A stretch of 64,000 nucleotides of DNA, taken from contig NIVC01000056.1 of NCBI GenBank assembly GCA_002269645.1, positions 682,001-746,000 of the forward strand. The letters run 5' to 3'. The DNA comes from Macrostomum lignano (lineage: Eukaryota). Of the stretch, positions 1 to 12,957 are shown piece by piece (positions within the stretch are counted from its first letter, which is position 1; each line of letters opens with the position of its first letter). A program made the translations under genes and the position numbers. Under the pieces are notes generated by a model that did not search any database, was not told where the DNA came from, and worked only from the letters and a program-made list of their open reading frames with translations.

Positions 1-16
1 AGCCCTTCTCCATTGT

Positions 17-1066
17 TTGCACCAAGGACATCAGGGCGCATCTAGGATGAAGGCGCTGGCCCGCAGTTTCTTCTGGTGGCCAAAGCTGGACGAGGCAATT
101 GAGCAGCTCGCCGGCGCTTGTTCGGACTGCCAGGAGCTGCAGAAGTCACCGGGACCTGCGCCGCTGCATCCCTGGGCCTGGCCTGACAGGACGTGGTCGC
201 GCCTTCATCTGGATTTCGCGGGTCCGATCGAAGGGAAAATGCTGCTGGTGATTGTCGACGCCCATTCCAAGTGGATGGAGGTACATGTGTTGGCGTCAGC
301 AACTTCAACGGCAACCATCCAGCGGCTGCGGCAGAGCTTCGCTACACATGGGCTGCCGGACATCGTCGTGACGGACAATGGGCGCAACCTGGTCAGCGAT
401 GAAATGGAAGATTTTCTGCAGCGGAACGGCATCCGGCACGTACGAACTGCCCCGTACCACCCGGCGTCAAATGGGCAAGCGGAGCGCGCTGTCCAGACCC
501 TGAAGAAGTCGCTCGCTAAGCAAAAAGAAGGCTCACTAGAAGATCGAGTGGCGCGCTTCCTGCTTACCTACCGCGTGACGCCCCATGCGACGACCGGCGC
601 GCCACCTTGCGAGCTGCTGATGGGGAGGCGGCTGCGCACACTGCTCGATCGAGTTCGGCCGGACCTACAAGCCAGAGTGGCGCTCCAACAAGCGATGCAG
701 AAGCAGCAACACGACGCCCATGCCCATGACCGCCGCATCGAGATGGGCGACGCCGTCGTCGCGAGGGATTTCGCTGCTGATGGCAGGTGGAAGCCTGCTA
801 TTGTGACCAACTGCTCTGGGGCTGCGTCTTTCTCCTGCCAGTTCGACGATGGTCGAGAAGTCCGTCGGCACATCGATCAAGTGCGCAAGCCGCCGGAGCC
901 TCCGGCGCCTTCCGAAGCCGAGCAACCGCCATGTGTCGAGGTGCCTGACGATCAACCAGAGGCTCCTGCAGAGACGCCTGGCCAGGCACCAGAGTTGAGA
1001 TCTGAGGCGCCAATTCGACGTTCGACCAGGGCGAGAGCTGAACCTGACCGGCTGCGCTACCAGTGA
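17..1066 (+). mobile_element. Ty3/gypsy LTR retrotransposon pol, integrase region (K02A2.6-like), 5'-truncated by window edge
   Basis: ORF has HQGHQG...C-x2-C zinc finger, RLHLDFAGP, IVVTDNG and HPASNGQAERAVQ (DDE integrase core). Confidence 0.95.
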
Positions 1067-1153
1067 CTCTGAACTGTTCTTCTATGGACTGTGAACTGAT
1101 TTGCGTCTTTTTATTCCCTTTTTAATCCAACGCTTAATCCTTGTGGGGAGGAG

Positions 1154-1414
1154 TGTGGTGACTTGGCTGGGTTGATTTTATTCTTTATTCAGTGTTTGGG
1201 GGTGGTGTTTTTACCTGTTTCACTCTGTGCGCTTTTCTACAATATCTTGATGTACTCTCTTACTTATGTACGTTCTTGAATCTGTCTACTTTTGTTCTCC
1301 ACCCCTAAGCCTTATCCACTAAATGTATCGTGCTCAATATTTACAATATAAATCGCAGTCGCTTGCCTCGTATCAAGCGTTTATCGTTCTACAATCTAAA
1401 GTGAAGTCTTTACA
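1154..1414 (+). mobile_element. LTR (TGT...ACA, 261 bp)
   Basis: Follows polypurine tract GGGGAGGAG (1145-1153); starts TGTGG and ends TTTACA; repeated at 2758-3018. Confidence 0.85.
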
Positions 1415-1415
1415 C

Positions 1416-1560
1416 TGGCGACCAGCCATGAGAACTTGTTGAGGCTCAATTGAACCCTTGAAGAGGGGAGTGAAAAATGGCAGCAGTATCAAGCCAGATT
1501 GGAGCGAGTTCTTCGAGGCGAACGACATAAACCTGAAACGCAGCGTGCGGTTCACGATCT
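1416..1560 (+). mobile_element. Primer-binding site plus frameshifted gag N-terminus
   Basis: TGGCGACCAG directly after the LTR, then GSIEP(F)EEGSEKWQQYQARLE(Q)FFEANDI read across 1-nt indels, typical of gypsy gag starts. Confidence 0.7.
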
Positions 1561-2080
1561 TGCGATCCAGGATAGACGATACCAACTGGATCGCAGCCTC
1601 CTGTCTCCAATTTGAGCAAGGCCAATCTACCGATCTACGCTGCACACATGAAAATTAAGAAGATCATTTGCCTACCCAGAGATTGCTGGCTCACATTTAC
1701 CTTCCTTGCTGTTAGGCATTTAGTAATTTAACTACACACACGTAGCTTATTTCTTATCATTAAGAAATATCAGTAACATATTTGCTGACCGAACGTCACA
1801 AATATTTCAAGTCTTATTACAAGTGTAGCACGCAGATTAATATCGCGTAGTTTGCGCATAAAACTCTGTGTTTATTTCATTCAAGCATAGCGGACACCAT
1901 GGTCGCATAGAATTAAGCCAACTAACTATATGAACTGAATCAGATACTATAACTTGCATTTTCATCGTTTTTTGTAGGTATAGGGCTTTTTAAGTAGAAA
2001 GACTGACTGAATCAATGTTAAAACATCGATATGAACTGTTCCAATACGATAGGAATTAAAGATTGTCAGCTTGTGCCTTA

Positions 2081-3018
2081 AAGCGGAGCGCGCTGTCCAG
2101 ACCCTGAAGAAGTCGCTCGCTAAGCAAAAAGAAGGCTCACTAGAAGATCGAGTGGCGCGCTTCCTGCTTACCTACCGCGTGACGCCCCATGCGACGACCG
2201 GCGCGCCACCTTGCGAGCTGCTGATGGGGAGGCGGCTGCGCACACTGCTCGATCGAGTTCGGCCGGACCTACAAGCCAGAGTGGCGCTCCAACAAGCGAT
2301 GCAGAAGCAGCAACACGACGCCCATGCCCATGACCGCCGCATCGAGATGGGCGACGCCGTCGTCGCGAGGGATTTCGCTGCTGATGGCAGGTGGAAGCCT
2401 GCTATTGTGACCAACTGCTCTGGGGCTGCGTCTTTCTCCTGCCAGTTCGACGATGGTCGAGAAGTCCGTCGGCACATCGATCAAGTGCGCAAGCCGCCGG
2501 AGCCTCCGGCGCCTTCCGAAGCCGAGCAACCGCCATGTGTCGAGGTGCCTGACGATCAACCAGAGGCTCCTGCAGAGACGCCTGGCCAGGCACCAGAGTT
2601 GAGATCTGAGGCGCCAATTCGACGTTCGACCAGGGCGAGAGCTGAACCTGACCGGCTGCGCTACCAGTGACTCTGAACTGTTCTTCTATGGACTGTGAAC
2701 TGATTTGCGTCTTTTTATTCCCTTTTTAATCCAACGCTTAATCCTTGTGGGGAGGAGTGTGGTGACTTGGCTGGGTTGATTTTATTCTTTATTCAGTGTT
2801 TGGGGGTGGTGTTTTTACCTGTTTCACTCTGTGCGCTTTTCTACAATATCTTGATGTACTCTCTTACTTATGTACGTTCTTGAATCTGTCTACTTTTGTT
2901 CTCCACCCCTAAGCCTTATCCACTAAATGTATCGTGCTCAATATTTACAATATAAATCGCAGTCGCTTGCCTCGTATCAAGCGTTTATCGTTCTACAATC
3001 TAAAGTGAAGTCTTTACA
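2081..3018 (+). mobile_element. Second copy of integrase 3' part + PPT + LTR
   Basis: Appears identical to 477-1414 at offset 1604; LTR 2758-3018 is followed by host repeat, not a PBS. Confidence 0.9.
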
Positions 3019-3365
3019 CACGATAAACCAATTTGGATATCCATGATGAACCAACGTGGATATCGAGGATAAGCCAACTTGGATATTGATAATAAACCAA
3101 CTTGAATATCGACGATATTCCAACTTGGATATCGACGATAAACAAACTTGGATATCCACGATATTCCAACTTGGATATCGACGATAAACCAACTTGGATA
3201 TCGACGATAAACCAACTTGGATATCGACGATAAACCAACTTGGATATCGACGATAAACCAACTTGGATATCGACGATAAACCAACTTGGATATCCACGAT
3301 AAACCAACTTGGATATCCACGATAAACCAACTTGGATATCGACGATAAACCAACTTGGATATCGA
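3019..3365. repeat. 23-bp minisatellite (GGATATCGACGATAAACCAACTT)n
   Basis: Direct reading of tandem units. Confidence 0.9.
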
Positions 3366-4180
3366 GTAAAACAAGCCATCCTAAACTCCAATTTGAATAT
3401 CAAGGCAAACAATTTCTACCGATCTATAGTGCACACATAGAACTTCACCCTCTTCATTAGAGAAGATACAGACAGAGTTTGCCTACCCAGAAGATAATAC
3501 TAAAAAGCTTAAAGGCTTTTTAATCAACATTTACCTTCCTTGCTGTTAGGCATTTAGTAATTTAACTACACACACGTAGCTTATTTCTTATCATTAAGAA
3601 ATATCAGTAACATATTTGCTGACCGAACGTCACAAATATTTCAAGTCTTATTACAAGTGTAGCACGCAGATTAATATCGCGTAGTTTGCGCATAAAACTC
3701 TGTGTTTATTTCATTCAAGCATAGCGGACACCATGGTCGCATAGAATTAAGCCAACTAACTATATGAACTGAATCAGATACTATAACTTGCATTTTCATC
3801 GTTTTTTTGTAGGTATAGGGGCTTTTTAAGTAGAAAGACTGACTGAATCAATGTTAAAACATCGATATGAACTGTTCCAATACGATAGGAATTAAAGATT
3901 GTCAGCTTGTGCCTTAACTTCTGTAAACAGACTTGCCAACGGTTGGAATACATTTACTAAGCTAACGGATGCTTGCACAGTCACAAGCTGTAGGCAAGGT
4001 ACAGCGGCCCTGACATCCTGCTTGTCATCTCCACTGACCTATAATAATTCCGATGAAAAGCGCTACCTAGGCCCTTACCTACTTCCCAGAGTCAATTTAG
4101 AATCGTTGCAGAGATATGCGCTTAAAACAATAAGTCAGCGCCTCTTGAAAATGCGCTATTGAGTTAATTCTATCGCTCAC

Positions 4181-5933
4181 CAGCAAGATGAAGGCTGATG
4201 TTCTAGCAAACAGGGAACCGCCAACCAGACAGATGCCAAGGCAGACAGTCAGAACTACAAACGAATACAAGTAGCGCCAATAGGCACTTCCGTCTGGCAG
4301 CCATTGACCTAGGATGCCTAAAATCCAACAATTATAGGGCAAATTTTATTGGTATTAAAAAGCTAATCAAGAAAGGATTACAGCCGATTGTTAATCGTTT
4401 ACAAAAATGATAATAATAATTGATTACACCTGACCCAATTAGGCCAGATGTGCAACCGACAGCTCAGTCGCAGCTATTGCGCGGCGCATCTGAAGGCTGC
4501 GTACGGCTGTTCAGTCCAAGGACTGGGGGGTCGCCACACACGCCACACACACACACACACCTTACCCCAACTAATGCTGGCACCCATTTTACTGCTGGGT
4601 GAACTGAAGCAATGCAGAGTTGTGTCTTGCTCAAGGACACAAATTGTTACAGTGGGATCGAGAATCGAACCCCCGACCTTCAATTCGTGAGTCCGAAAGC
4701 TATAACCCCCTTTCTAATCTTTCATGCAATCTTAATCTTTTAAAACCAAAAAATGTTTTGTAAGAGCCTGAGTAGCTATAGCTGTGGTAGATTTAGCACT
4801 TGCGTCCTGACAAGTACTCGAGAAGCATCTAATTAAGAATATTAAAGTTACCAGTCGATCCAAAATTGTCCAAGAAGGCTTCCGTGAAGCCGGACACATA
4901 CAGGCCGCAGGAGAAAATGTTTGCAATGAAGAACAGCAGGCCCATTGCGCCGCCAAATTCTGGACCAAGTGTTCGACTGATCATGACTTGATTATTTGAT
5001 GATGATCAAAGTGCATTAGCTGCTGGTTAAGGATAATAATATATACAAGTACAAACTTGAATAAGTTTCAAAATTCTTTAGAATCAGAACACCCAGGCTT
5101 AGAGAGAACAACTACTTAACAGAAATGGTTTCAAGCTTCTTAAAATTATTCTTACTTATTAAACTATTTGGTATTTACTTTGAAGGAACTATGAAGAAGT
5201 GATAGAAAAACATTGAACAAAATACAGTTACATAACAGGGTCACAGTACAAGAAGTTCTAAATATAATAAAATCTTGATAAAAATAATAATTTATCAACT
5301 GTCTATGATTTTGCTACAGAAAAAGGATACAGTAGACTCCACCACCTTGAATTTCTCCATTAGAGCTGATAGCAGAAATTGACAAAATAGTCAACATAAG
5401 GATCAAATAGGCCAGTGATAGCTCAATGGAGAAATGCAATACTCCTGACTGGCCAATCACGAAACCTGAAAGTTGAATAGGAATAAAATCCAAACATTCA
5501 ATAACAATGTATAATAACTTTAATATTCTTAATATTAACATTTCCATAATATTTTTAAAGATCAAAAGTTAAACTTGATATTAATATGTTACTCTAAGAT
5601 AATCATAACAGCAAACTTCGAAGAAAAGATCATCGGGACTCATTTTTAAATCCATATTTTTATCTTACCCATTCGAAGAAAAATAAGATAGCTGAACTGT
5701 GACAAAGCTACTGGGCAGAACACTCCAGAAAATGTTGTTAATGTACGCCGACTTGATTCTTCTGACTCCGGATCAACAGCAGTATCAAAATGAAAACTTG
5801 CTTCTAGATCGTGCCCTCGATATCGTACTCCTTGACTACTAGTACCAGCTTGGGAGTCACGGTCTTGATTTCTTGAAAGAACTCCTTGGAGTTCCTCAGA
5901 CACTAAATTTCTTGACTTCAGAAGAGAAGACAT
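4181..5933 (-). CDS. SLC12A9: Solute carrier family 12 member 9-like cation-chloride cotransporter, exons 1-4
   Basis: Exons 5933-5669, 5465-5331, 4986-4852, ~4317-4181 with GT/AG ends and consistent phase. Splice gives [35 protein letters not shown]...[25 protein letters not shown]...[11 protein letters not shown]. Confidence 0.88.
4410..4710 (-). mobile_element. tRNA-derived CORE-type SINE (family A)
   Basis: Minus strand has B box GGTTCGATTC, core GTGTCCTTGAGCAAGACAC...CAGTAAAATGGG and an ATT-rich tail; related copies at 11890, 43228, 52493. Confidence 0.75.
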
Positions 5934-6988
5934 TTAAGACGACTTTCCTGTTGACAAGCAAAAAATTAACGTTATGTTTTATTTCTCAGATTTTAAGACT
6001 TCTAACGTTAAGGTTAACAATGAAGTGCCCATCAGTACTCAGGGAACTTTTTTCTTCGAAGTTTCGCAGAATATCTTTTAATTAAACCAACAACCATGTG
6101 TTCCATCAAAAACAACAAATTTTCAGAAATTACAAAAAAAAATTAAATTACAATGTTGTTGATATACTTTATATGCTTTAAAGTCTGTACATTCTACAAA
6201 ATATTTTATCTGGTTTATATTTTCTAAATGTTTAATAACAATTTTTCGTAGACAGCTGGCTTCTTTCAGATCTCTATTATTATCAGAAAAGTTCTGTCCG
6301 TCATCAAGTTTGTTCCAAAATAATTGCTTATAGGGGCCTAGTTCACGTGGCTCTAAAATATTTGGCCGAGTTTAATAAGATACTTAAGCCTCTGATACTA
6401 AATCTAAACATATTACGTCTTGAGTGGTTTGAGCACTTGAGACTGAGTGCTTACAGTTAGCCAAGCCTGTCAGTAAAAAGCTTATTAAACCATAATTTAT
6501 TAGTGTAGTGAGTCTATTTGACTTAGTTTAGGCTAGGCCTAGCCTAGGGGCCCTAGGCATTACACATATTTAGTTTATTTTATTTATAAACGCTTGCCGA
6601 AATTTAAAATAAAAAATATTAATTATTTGTTTAAGGCCTAATACAATTCCTGACTAAACTAAAGGAAAAGCTGATTCTTTTAATGCAAACTATGCTTTGA
6701 CCTATTACGAAATTTTAAATTTGTAGGCCTAGGGGCCAAACATGCCAAATAAAGAATTCTCCAAAAACAAAACACTATCTCCTGTCTACTTATTTGAATG
6801 CTTTATTTTTTAGCCCAACTTGCCTAGGCCTAGGCCTAGCTTACAAATTAGACCATACCATTGTCATTGTCACCCCATAGATACTAGGCCTAACTAAAAC
6901 AGCCAGATATAAAGCCTATGCTTTTTTGAAAATAGTTAGGCCTAAATCTTTAGAGCTGATTCTGGTCTTTAACTCCTGTTTCCATCAG

Positions 6989-8601
6989 CTGTACTCATAT
7001 TTCGAAGACGCCGACAGTGTCTACTTAGTCCTCGAGCTGTGCCACCGAGGCAGTCTGCACGACTATGTTAGACAGCAGGGCCGTGTGTCCGAGGATCAGG
7101 GTAAGTATTTCTACAATAAATTTATTTATCTATCTTATGAAATGAAAATAGATTTTAGCTACCACGCCGACAGTGTCTACTTAGTCCTCGAGCTGTGCCA
7201 CCGAGGCAGTCTGCACGACTATGTTAGACAGCAGGGCCGTGTGTCCGAGGATCAGGGTAAGTATTTCTACAATAAATTTATTTATCTATCTTATTGAAAT
7301 GAAAATAGATTTTAGCTACCACTATTAGTGTCAATTCTTTGTATCACATTGTTATTCTAGTTCGCTACTTTATGCGGCAGATAGTGACTGGACTGCGTTA
7401 CCTGCATCAAAACCGCATTATTCATCGAGACTTGACTCTGGCTAATCTGCTGCTAACTAAGGATAACAAAGTGGTTAGTAGCGCTAATTTTTTGTTTGTA
7501 CTGTCATATTAATGCCTGACAATTGGAAAGTCACAAGGGACGCTGTAAATTTAGGATTCTGGGTTGGCTTTATTTCCCACAGATACTAGAATATCTAGAT
7601 GGGCCACTCAGGCATATATACTTAGTAAAACAACTTTCTACTTTCAGTTCAGTAGCAAAGAAGAATACATCAGCTATTTTATAAAAATAAAGACAGCTGA
7701 AATGACTTTTAAAAGTTTAGAAGCCTGCAAGCTTGCAGGCGTAAACAGCTTGTTAATTGGTTCAGCAATGATGTACATTAGCCAGTCCACTGAAATGTAC
7801 ATGGCAGCTAGCAAGGCAGTAAAAATTGGGTGGCAGGGCAGAGGTGAATCTTCTGTGTGGAGTTGGAGGGGCTTAGGCTAGGGGAATAGGAGGCAATAAT
7901 AAGCCTGGTCTTTAAAATACAATAAAATGCTTCAGTTTAACTTACTACTTAACTGAAAGTAGCTTGCATGAAAATATTTTTTTAAAAAATTTACAAAGTA
8001 ACGTTGTGCACTATTTTTTAGAAAATTTCCGATTTCGGCTTGGCTACAGAAATTGCCGACGGGAGAACTAATAAAACCATGTGCGGCACGCCAAATTATA
8101 TATCCCCGTGAGTGCTGGAAGGATTTTACGAATCTATTATCATGAATTTAGGGAATTAAGCGAATCGAACTCAAAAGTATATCACCGACGCTGCCGTCTC
8201 CAGGGAAGTGAGCGGTAGCGGAGTTCAAGGCGTTGAAGTGGACGTCTGGTCTCTTGGCGTTATGCTGTACACTCTGCTAGTTGGCAAGGCTCCGTTCGAC
8301 ACTAAAGATCCCAAGTCTACCATAGACAATGCTCGGCGACTGCGCTACGACATTCCCGGTAACCTGGACGCTGACGCCATCGACCTGATTGCCAAACTGA
8401 TCAGGGAGAGGCCGCAGGATCGGATCAAGTTGACCGATATTTTGGAGCATTCGTTTCTGAAGAAGGGAGGCGGTTTTGACGCTGTGGTGAGGGCTGGATC
8501 TATTTAGTTCTGGATATATCGACAGCACCCAAAGATAGATAGATAGATAGATCGATAGATATATAGATCGATAGATATATAGATAGATAGATAGATAGAT
8601 C

Positions 8602-8646
<45 letters not shown>

Positions 8647-11600
8647 ATAAATAGACAGATAGATAGACAGACACAAAGATAGATACATAGATAGATAGAC
8701 ACGTGGATAGATAGGCACATGGATAGATAGATAGATAGACACATGGATAGATGGATACTAGATAGATAGATTGAAGTGCCGATATGTATCGAAAGCTACT
8801 ATATCAGCAGGTTAGTCGCAGTCAATGCGTGCCAATATGCTTTATGAATTGCAAATTTCAATTGTAATAATTCCACAGGACCAGAGCCGGGACTCCGGTA
8901 CCGACAGCACCCAAAGCTGGCACTCGTCGAACCATCAGCCCCAACAGCACCACCAGCACCAGCACCAGCACCCTAACCAGTCGCCGTCACCTGTGCTGAT
9001 GCGTCGTCACGCGTCAGCCGGTCAGCTCCGTCCACATCAGCAGCATCCTTCGTTGTCTTCAGCTTCGGCAGGTGCAGCGGCAGCTGCCGCCTCTGCCGCC
9101 GCCGCCGCCGCTTCTGCTCACTCGGCCGACGCTCAGCAGCGACGTTGTCGGAGCTCTTCTCAATCGTGCCAACAGAATTGCCAGCATCCCGATCAGCTTC
9201 ATCATCAACAGCAGCACAAAAGCGCGGGGACTCCCCGCTATCATAAAAGCGACAGTCAGGGCTACGTTACTCAGTCGGATCGGAGTCCGCTGGCCTGCTC
9301 GCACAGTCAGCAGCAACAGCAACGGCCTCAGGTACAGTTGCAGTGTACGAAATCGGCTGTTGCTATGGTTACGCCTAAACAGCAGCAGCAGCAACAACAG
9401 CAACAGTCTTTAGCGACTCCAACTGAGCCTCAGACTAACAGTTCAATTCTGCCGCAGCCGCCGTTAGACACCAGTCGATTAGAAGCCTGTCGAATCACCA
9501 AGGGCAGCTTGATGTTCACCCTGTCTCAGTCAGACGGTTGCATTACCGTTGAACATTTCAAACAGAGAGCCGGCACTGCCTACGTAGTCCGAGCCATTCG
9601 CGTCGCCTCCGACGGTCGAGCTGTAGACTATGCGGCGAATTTAAATTTACCGTTGCTAAGCGACAGCCCGGTTGCTATGCGACAATGCGACTGCGAATCG
9701 TATGTCTATCCGAATTTGACGGATCCGAATTGTTCTAAACTGTATTCGCAGGCTGCCGCATTTGTACGGTTACTGAGATCGAACACTGCCAGGCTGACAC
9801 TGTACACCAGTCAGGCCAAGTGCGTGCTGTATGAGAATTTACCCGAGCCGGATTACTGCGTCAATTTCTATGACGGTCGAAGAGCGCGCAGGACTGCGGC
9901 TTGCGCACTGGCTATCGACGGCAGATCCGTGCTGTTGCAGAGTCTGTCCAGGGCCGAGGCCCAGGTCTTGCACTTTGTTAATGAGGTTGGTGTGTTAGTT
10001 TTGCATTTTTGTTTAATTTTTGTGACTTCCAGAAGTCTGTGTCTTCTTTAAAAAGTTTTGTCTTCTTTGTGGCTCCCAGAAGTCTTTGTGTCTCTTTGTG
10101 ACTTCCAGAAGTCTTTGTGTCTTCTTTGGGGCTCCCAGAAGTCTTTGTGTCTTCTTTGTGACTTCCAGAATCTTTGTGTCTTCTTTGTGGCTCCCAGAAG
10201 TCTTTGTGTCTTCTTTGTGTCTTCTAGAAGTAATTTTGTCTTCTTTGTGTCTTCTAGACATATTGTGTCTTTGTGGCTCCTAGAAGTCTCGTGTCTTCTA
10301 TGTGGCTCCTAGAAGTCTCGTGTCTTTGTGTCTCCTAGAAGTTTGTGTCTCTTTTTGGCTCCTAAAAGTATTGCGTTGTGTTGATTCTAGAAGTCTGCGA
10401 ATCGTATGTCTATCCGAATTTGACGGATCCGAATTGTTCTAAACTGTATTCGCAGGCTGCCGCATTTGTACGGTTACTGAGATCGAACACTGCCAGGCTG
10501 ACACTGTACACCAGTCAGGCCAAGTGCGTGCTGTATGAGAATTTACCCGAGCCGGATTACTGCGTCAATTTCTATGACGGTCGAAGAGCGCGCAGGACTG
10601 CGGCTTGCGCACTGGCTATCGACGGCAGATCCGTGCTGTTGCAGAGTCTGTCCAGGGCCGAGGCCCAGGTCTTGCACTTTGTTAATGAGGTTGGTGTGTT
10701 AGTTTTGCATTTTTGTTTAATTTTTGTGACTTCCAGAAGTCTATGTCTTCTTTAAAAGTTTTGTCTTCTTTGTGGCTCCCAGAAGTCTTTGTGTCTTCTT
10801 TGTGACTTCCAGAAGTCTTTGTGTCTTCTTTGGGGCTCCCAGAAGTCTTTGTGTCTTCTTTGTGACTTCCAGAAGTCTTTGTGTCTTCTTTGTGGCTCCC
10901 AGAAGTCTTTGTGTCTTCTTTGTGTCTTCTAGAAGTAATTTTGTCTTCTTTGTGTCTTCTAGACATATTGTGTCTTTGTGGCTCCTAGAAGTCTCGTGTC
11001 TTCTATGTGGCTCCTAGAAGTCTCGTGTCTTTGTGTCTCCTAGAAGTTTGTGTCTTCTTTTTGGCTCCTAAAAGTATTGCGTTGTGTTGATTCTAGAAGT
11101 CTTCTTGTCTTCTCTGTTGCTTCCAGTATTCTAGAAGTCTTGTGCCTTTTTGGCTGTAAAGTCTAGTAAAGTTTGGGTTGTCATATCCTTTCAATACTAC
11201 TCTTGTCTCATATACGGCTTTTAATATACACAGTAGTCTAAAACTCCTTTTACTTTAATCCTCCTCAGACTTACGATCAGGTTCGCAGAATCGAAGCAGT
11301 GCTGACTGGCGTCTCCGGGCAGGGTGACGTCTGCTGCTTCCCGGCTACCATTGGAAAACCGCCTCAGCAGCAGCAGCAGCAAGAGCAGCAATCTGCTACA
11401 AACAATGAAGAAGCAACGGCATCTGCTTCTGCAGCAACAGCAGCAGCAATAGCAACAAACACTGAAACGCCTTCTTCTCCTGCCCCAGACATTCTCTCTG
11501 GAGCAATCGATTCAATGCTAATTGACACCCCTCAGCAGCAGCAGCAGCAGTTATTGTTAACTAGATTTCAACCGTTAAACGATTTGGGCGATGTTAGAAT

Positions 11601-11796
11601 TGAATTTAACGACGGCAGCCAATTGGAACTCGGCTGTTCCAGTTCCGGCAGTTTAGTCCGGCTAGTCTACGTTAATTGCTACGGTAAACGTCGCTTGTTC
11701 GACTCAAATCGATTGGAGCAGTTGGGTCAGCAGTTGCCGCCGGCTGTGGCCTGTAGGATGGCGCTGTTCCAGCAGCATCTGCAGGCCAACCAATGA
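6989..11796 (+). CDS. PLK4: Polo-like kinase 4 (SAK)-like; N-lobe exons not found
   Basis: Exons 6989-7100, 7361-7473, 8022-8107, 8204-8486, 8879-9985, 11269-11796 with canonical splice sites. Motifs [28 protein letters not shown], cryptic polo box ([34 protein letters not shown]) and C-terminal polo box ([11 protein letters not shown]). Confidence 0.92.
8535..8770. repeat. (GATA)n microsatellite in PLK4 intron
   Basis: Direct reading. Confidence 0.95.
10020..11150. repeat. ~30-bp minisatellite (GTGACTTCCAGAAGTCTTTGTGTCTTCTTT) in two blocks around a duplicated PLK4 segment
   Basis: Blocks ~10020-10394 and ~10725-11150. Confidence 0.85.
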
Positions 11797-11889
11797 GCTT
11801 TAACTGCCTGTATATTCGTTTCTAAAGTACATTTAGTAGACTTTATTTAAAGAACTTTAGCAGAACTACTATTCAAGGGTATTTGTAGG

Positions 11890-12098
11890 AGGGGGTTGTA
11901 CTCTAGTGGTTAAAGCGTCGGACTTACAACTTGAAGGTTGGGGGTTCGATTCTTGACCCGTTCGGAACAATTCGTGTCCTTGAGCAAAATACCTAACTCT
12001 GCATTGCTTCAGTTCATCCGGCTGTAAAATGGGTGCCAGCATTAGCTGTGAGGCTGTGTGTGGCGACCCCCAGTCCCCTCATTAATATCATTATGATT
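11890..12098 (+). mobile_element. tRNA-derived CORE-type SINE (family A)
   Basis: Head with A-box-like TACTCTAGTGGT and B box GGTTCGATTC, then GTGTCCTTGAGCAAAATAC...CTGTAAAATGGG. Confidence 0.78.
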
Positions 12099-12957
12099 AG
12101 GATTCAATGAAACTCCTAAAGTACATTTGAGGCCGCAGTTTTTAAGTGCATTTAGTAATTTCAAGTCTTTTAAAGTACATTTTAATGAACTTTTCCAAAT
12201 TATATGAGAGGGAACTTATTAAACACGTGCTATAACAAAAAATACTATATATTAGTTTCAAATTTCTTCATTTGACCTCTGAATATCAGCTGTTAGCTCA
12301 TAATTTGTCTGCATTTTGTAGTAATTCTTTTTTATTTTCAATATTTAGCAAAGCTTTTAATATAATACTGTGTACGCTGTTTTGTTTGATTAAAATAAAG
12401 AAGTTAGTTTGCATTTTTTATTATTTCAATATGAAGCTCCGTTACCATTCGTCCAAATGCTTTTGTTATTTTTAATAGAAATATTCAAATTTTTAATGCT
12501 TGGCTTGCTTTGTTTTGTACGTTTTAGCACAAAATCTGACCAAAACTTTGCCGTTAAAATTTAACTATCATTTTGTATTAGAAATTGACTCCGTTAATCT
12601 ATTTTTGTAGTCGACTTACCTGTTTCAAATTGGTGCTAAAATTTGTGGGTTTTTAAAAAATTCAACTTGTAAATAAATGTGTACATGTCGCCATATATTT
12701 AATGAACAAGTCAGATCAGTGAGACTGCAGTTTTTGTCTCTGGATTGAAGTTTTTTCAACATAATTATGCATTAATGGATTGGCTGGCAAAGGGGCGAGC
12801 AGCTCATGGGCGAACGCGTCTGACTGTCGGGTGCCAGAATGGGCAGAATTGCCTCACTTCTTGGCTGCATGGTTATTGAACGGTGTCGCAGAAGGCGTTG
12901 CATTAAGGTTGCCCACCGCCCTCCTTGTGAATGTTAATACTATGGCATAAAATTGCA

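Noticed and set aside
3019-3365. Regular 23-bp repeats resembling a CRISPR array
   Set aside because: No unique spacers, no cas genes, eukaryotic context. The same applies to all other arrays here.
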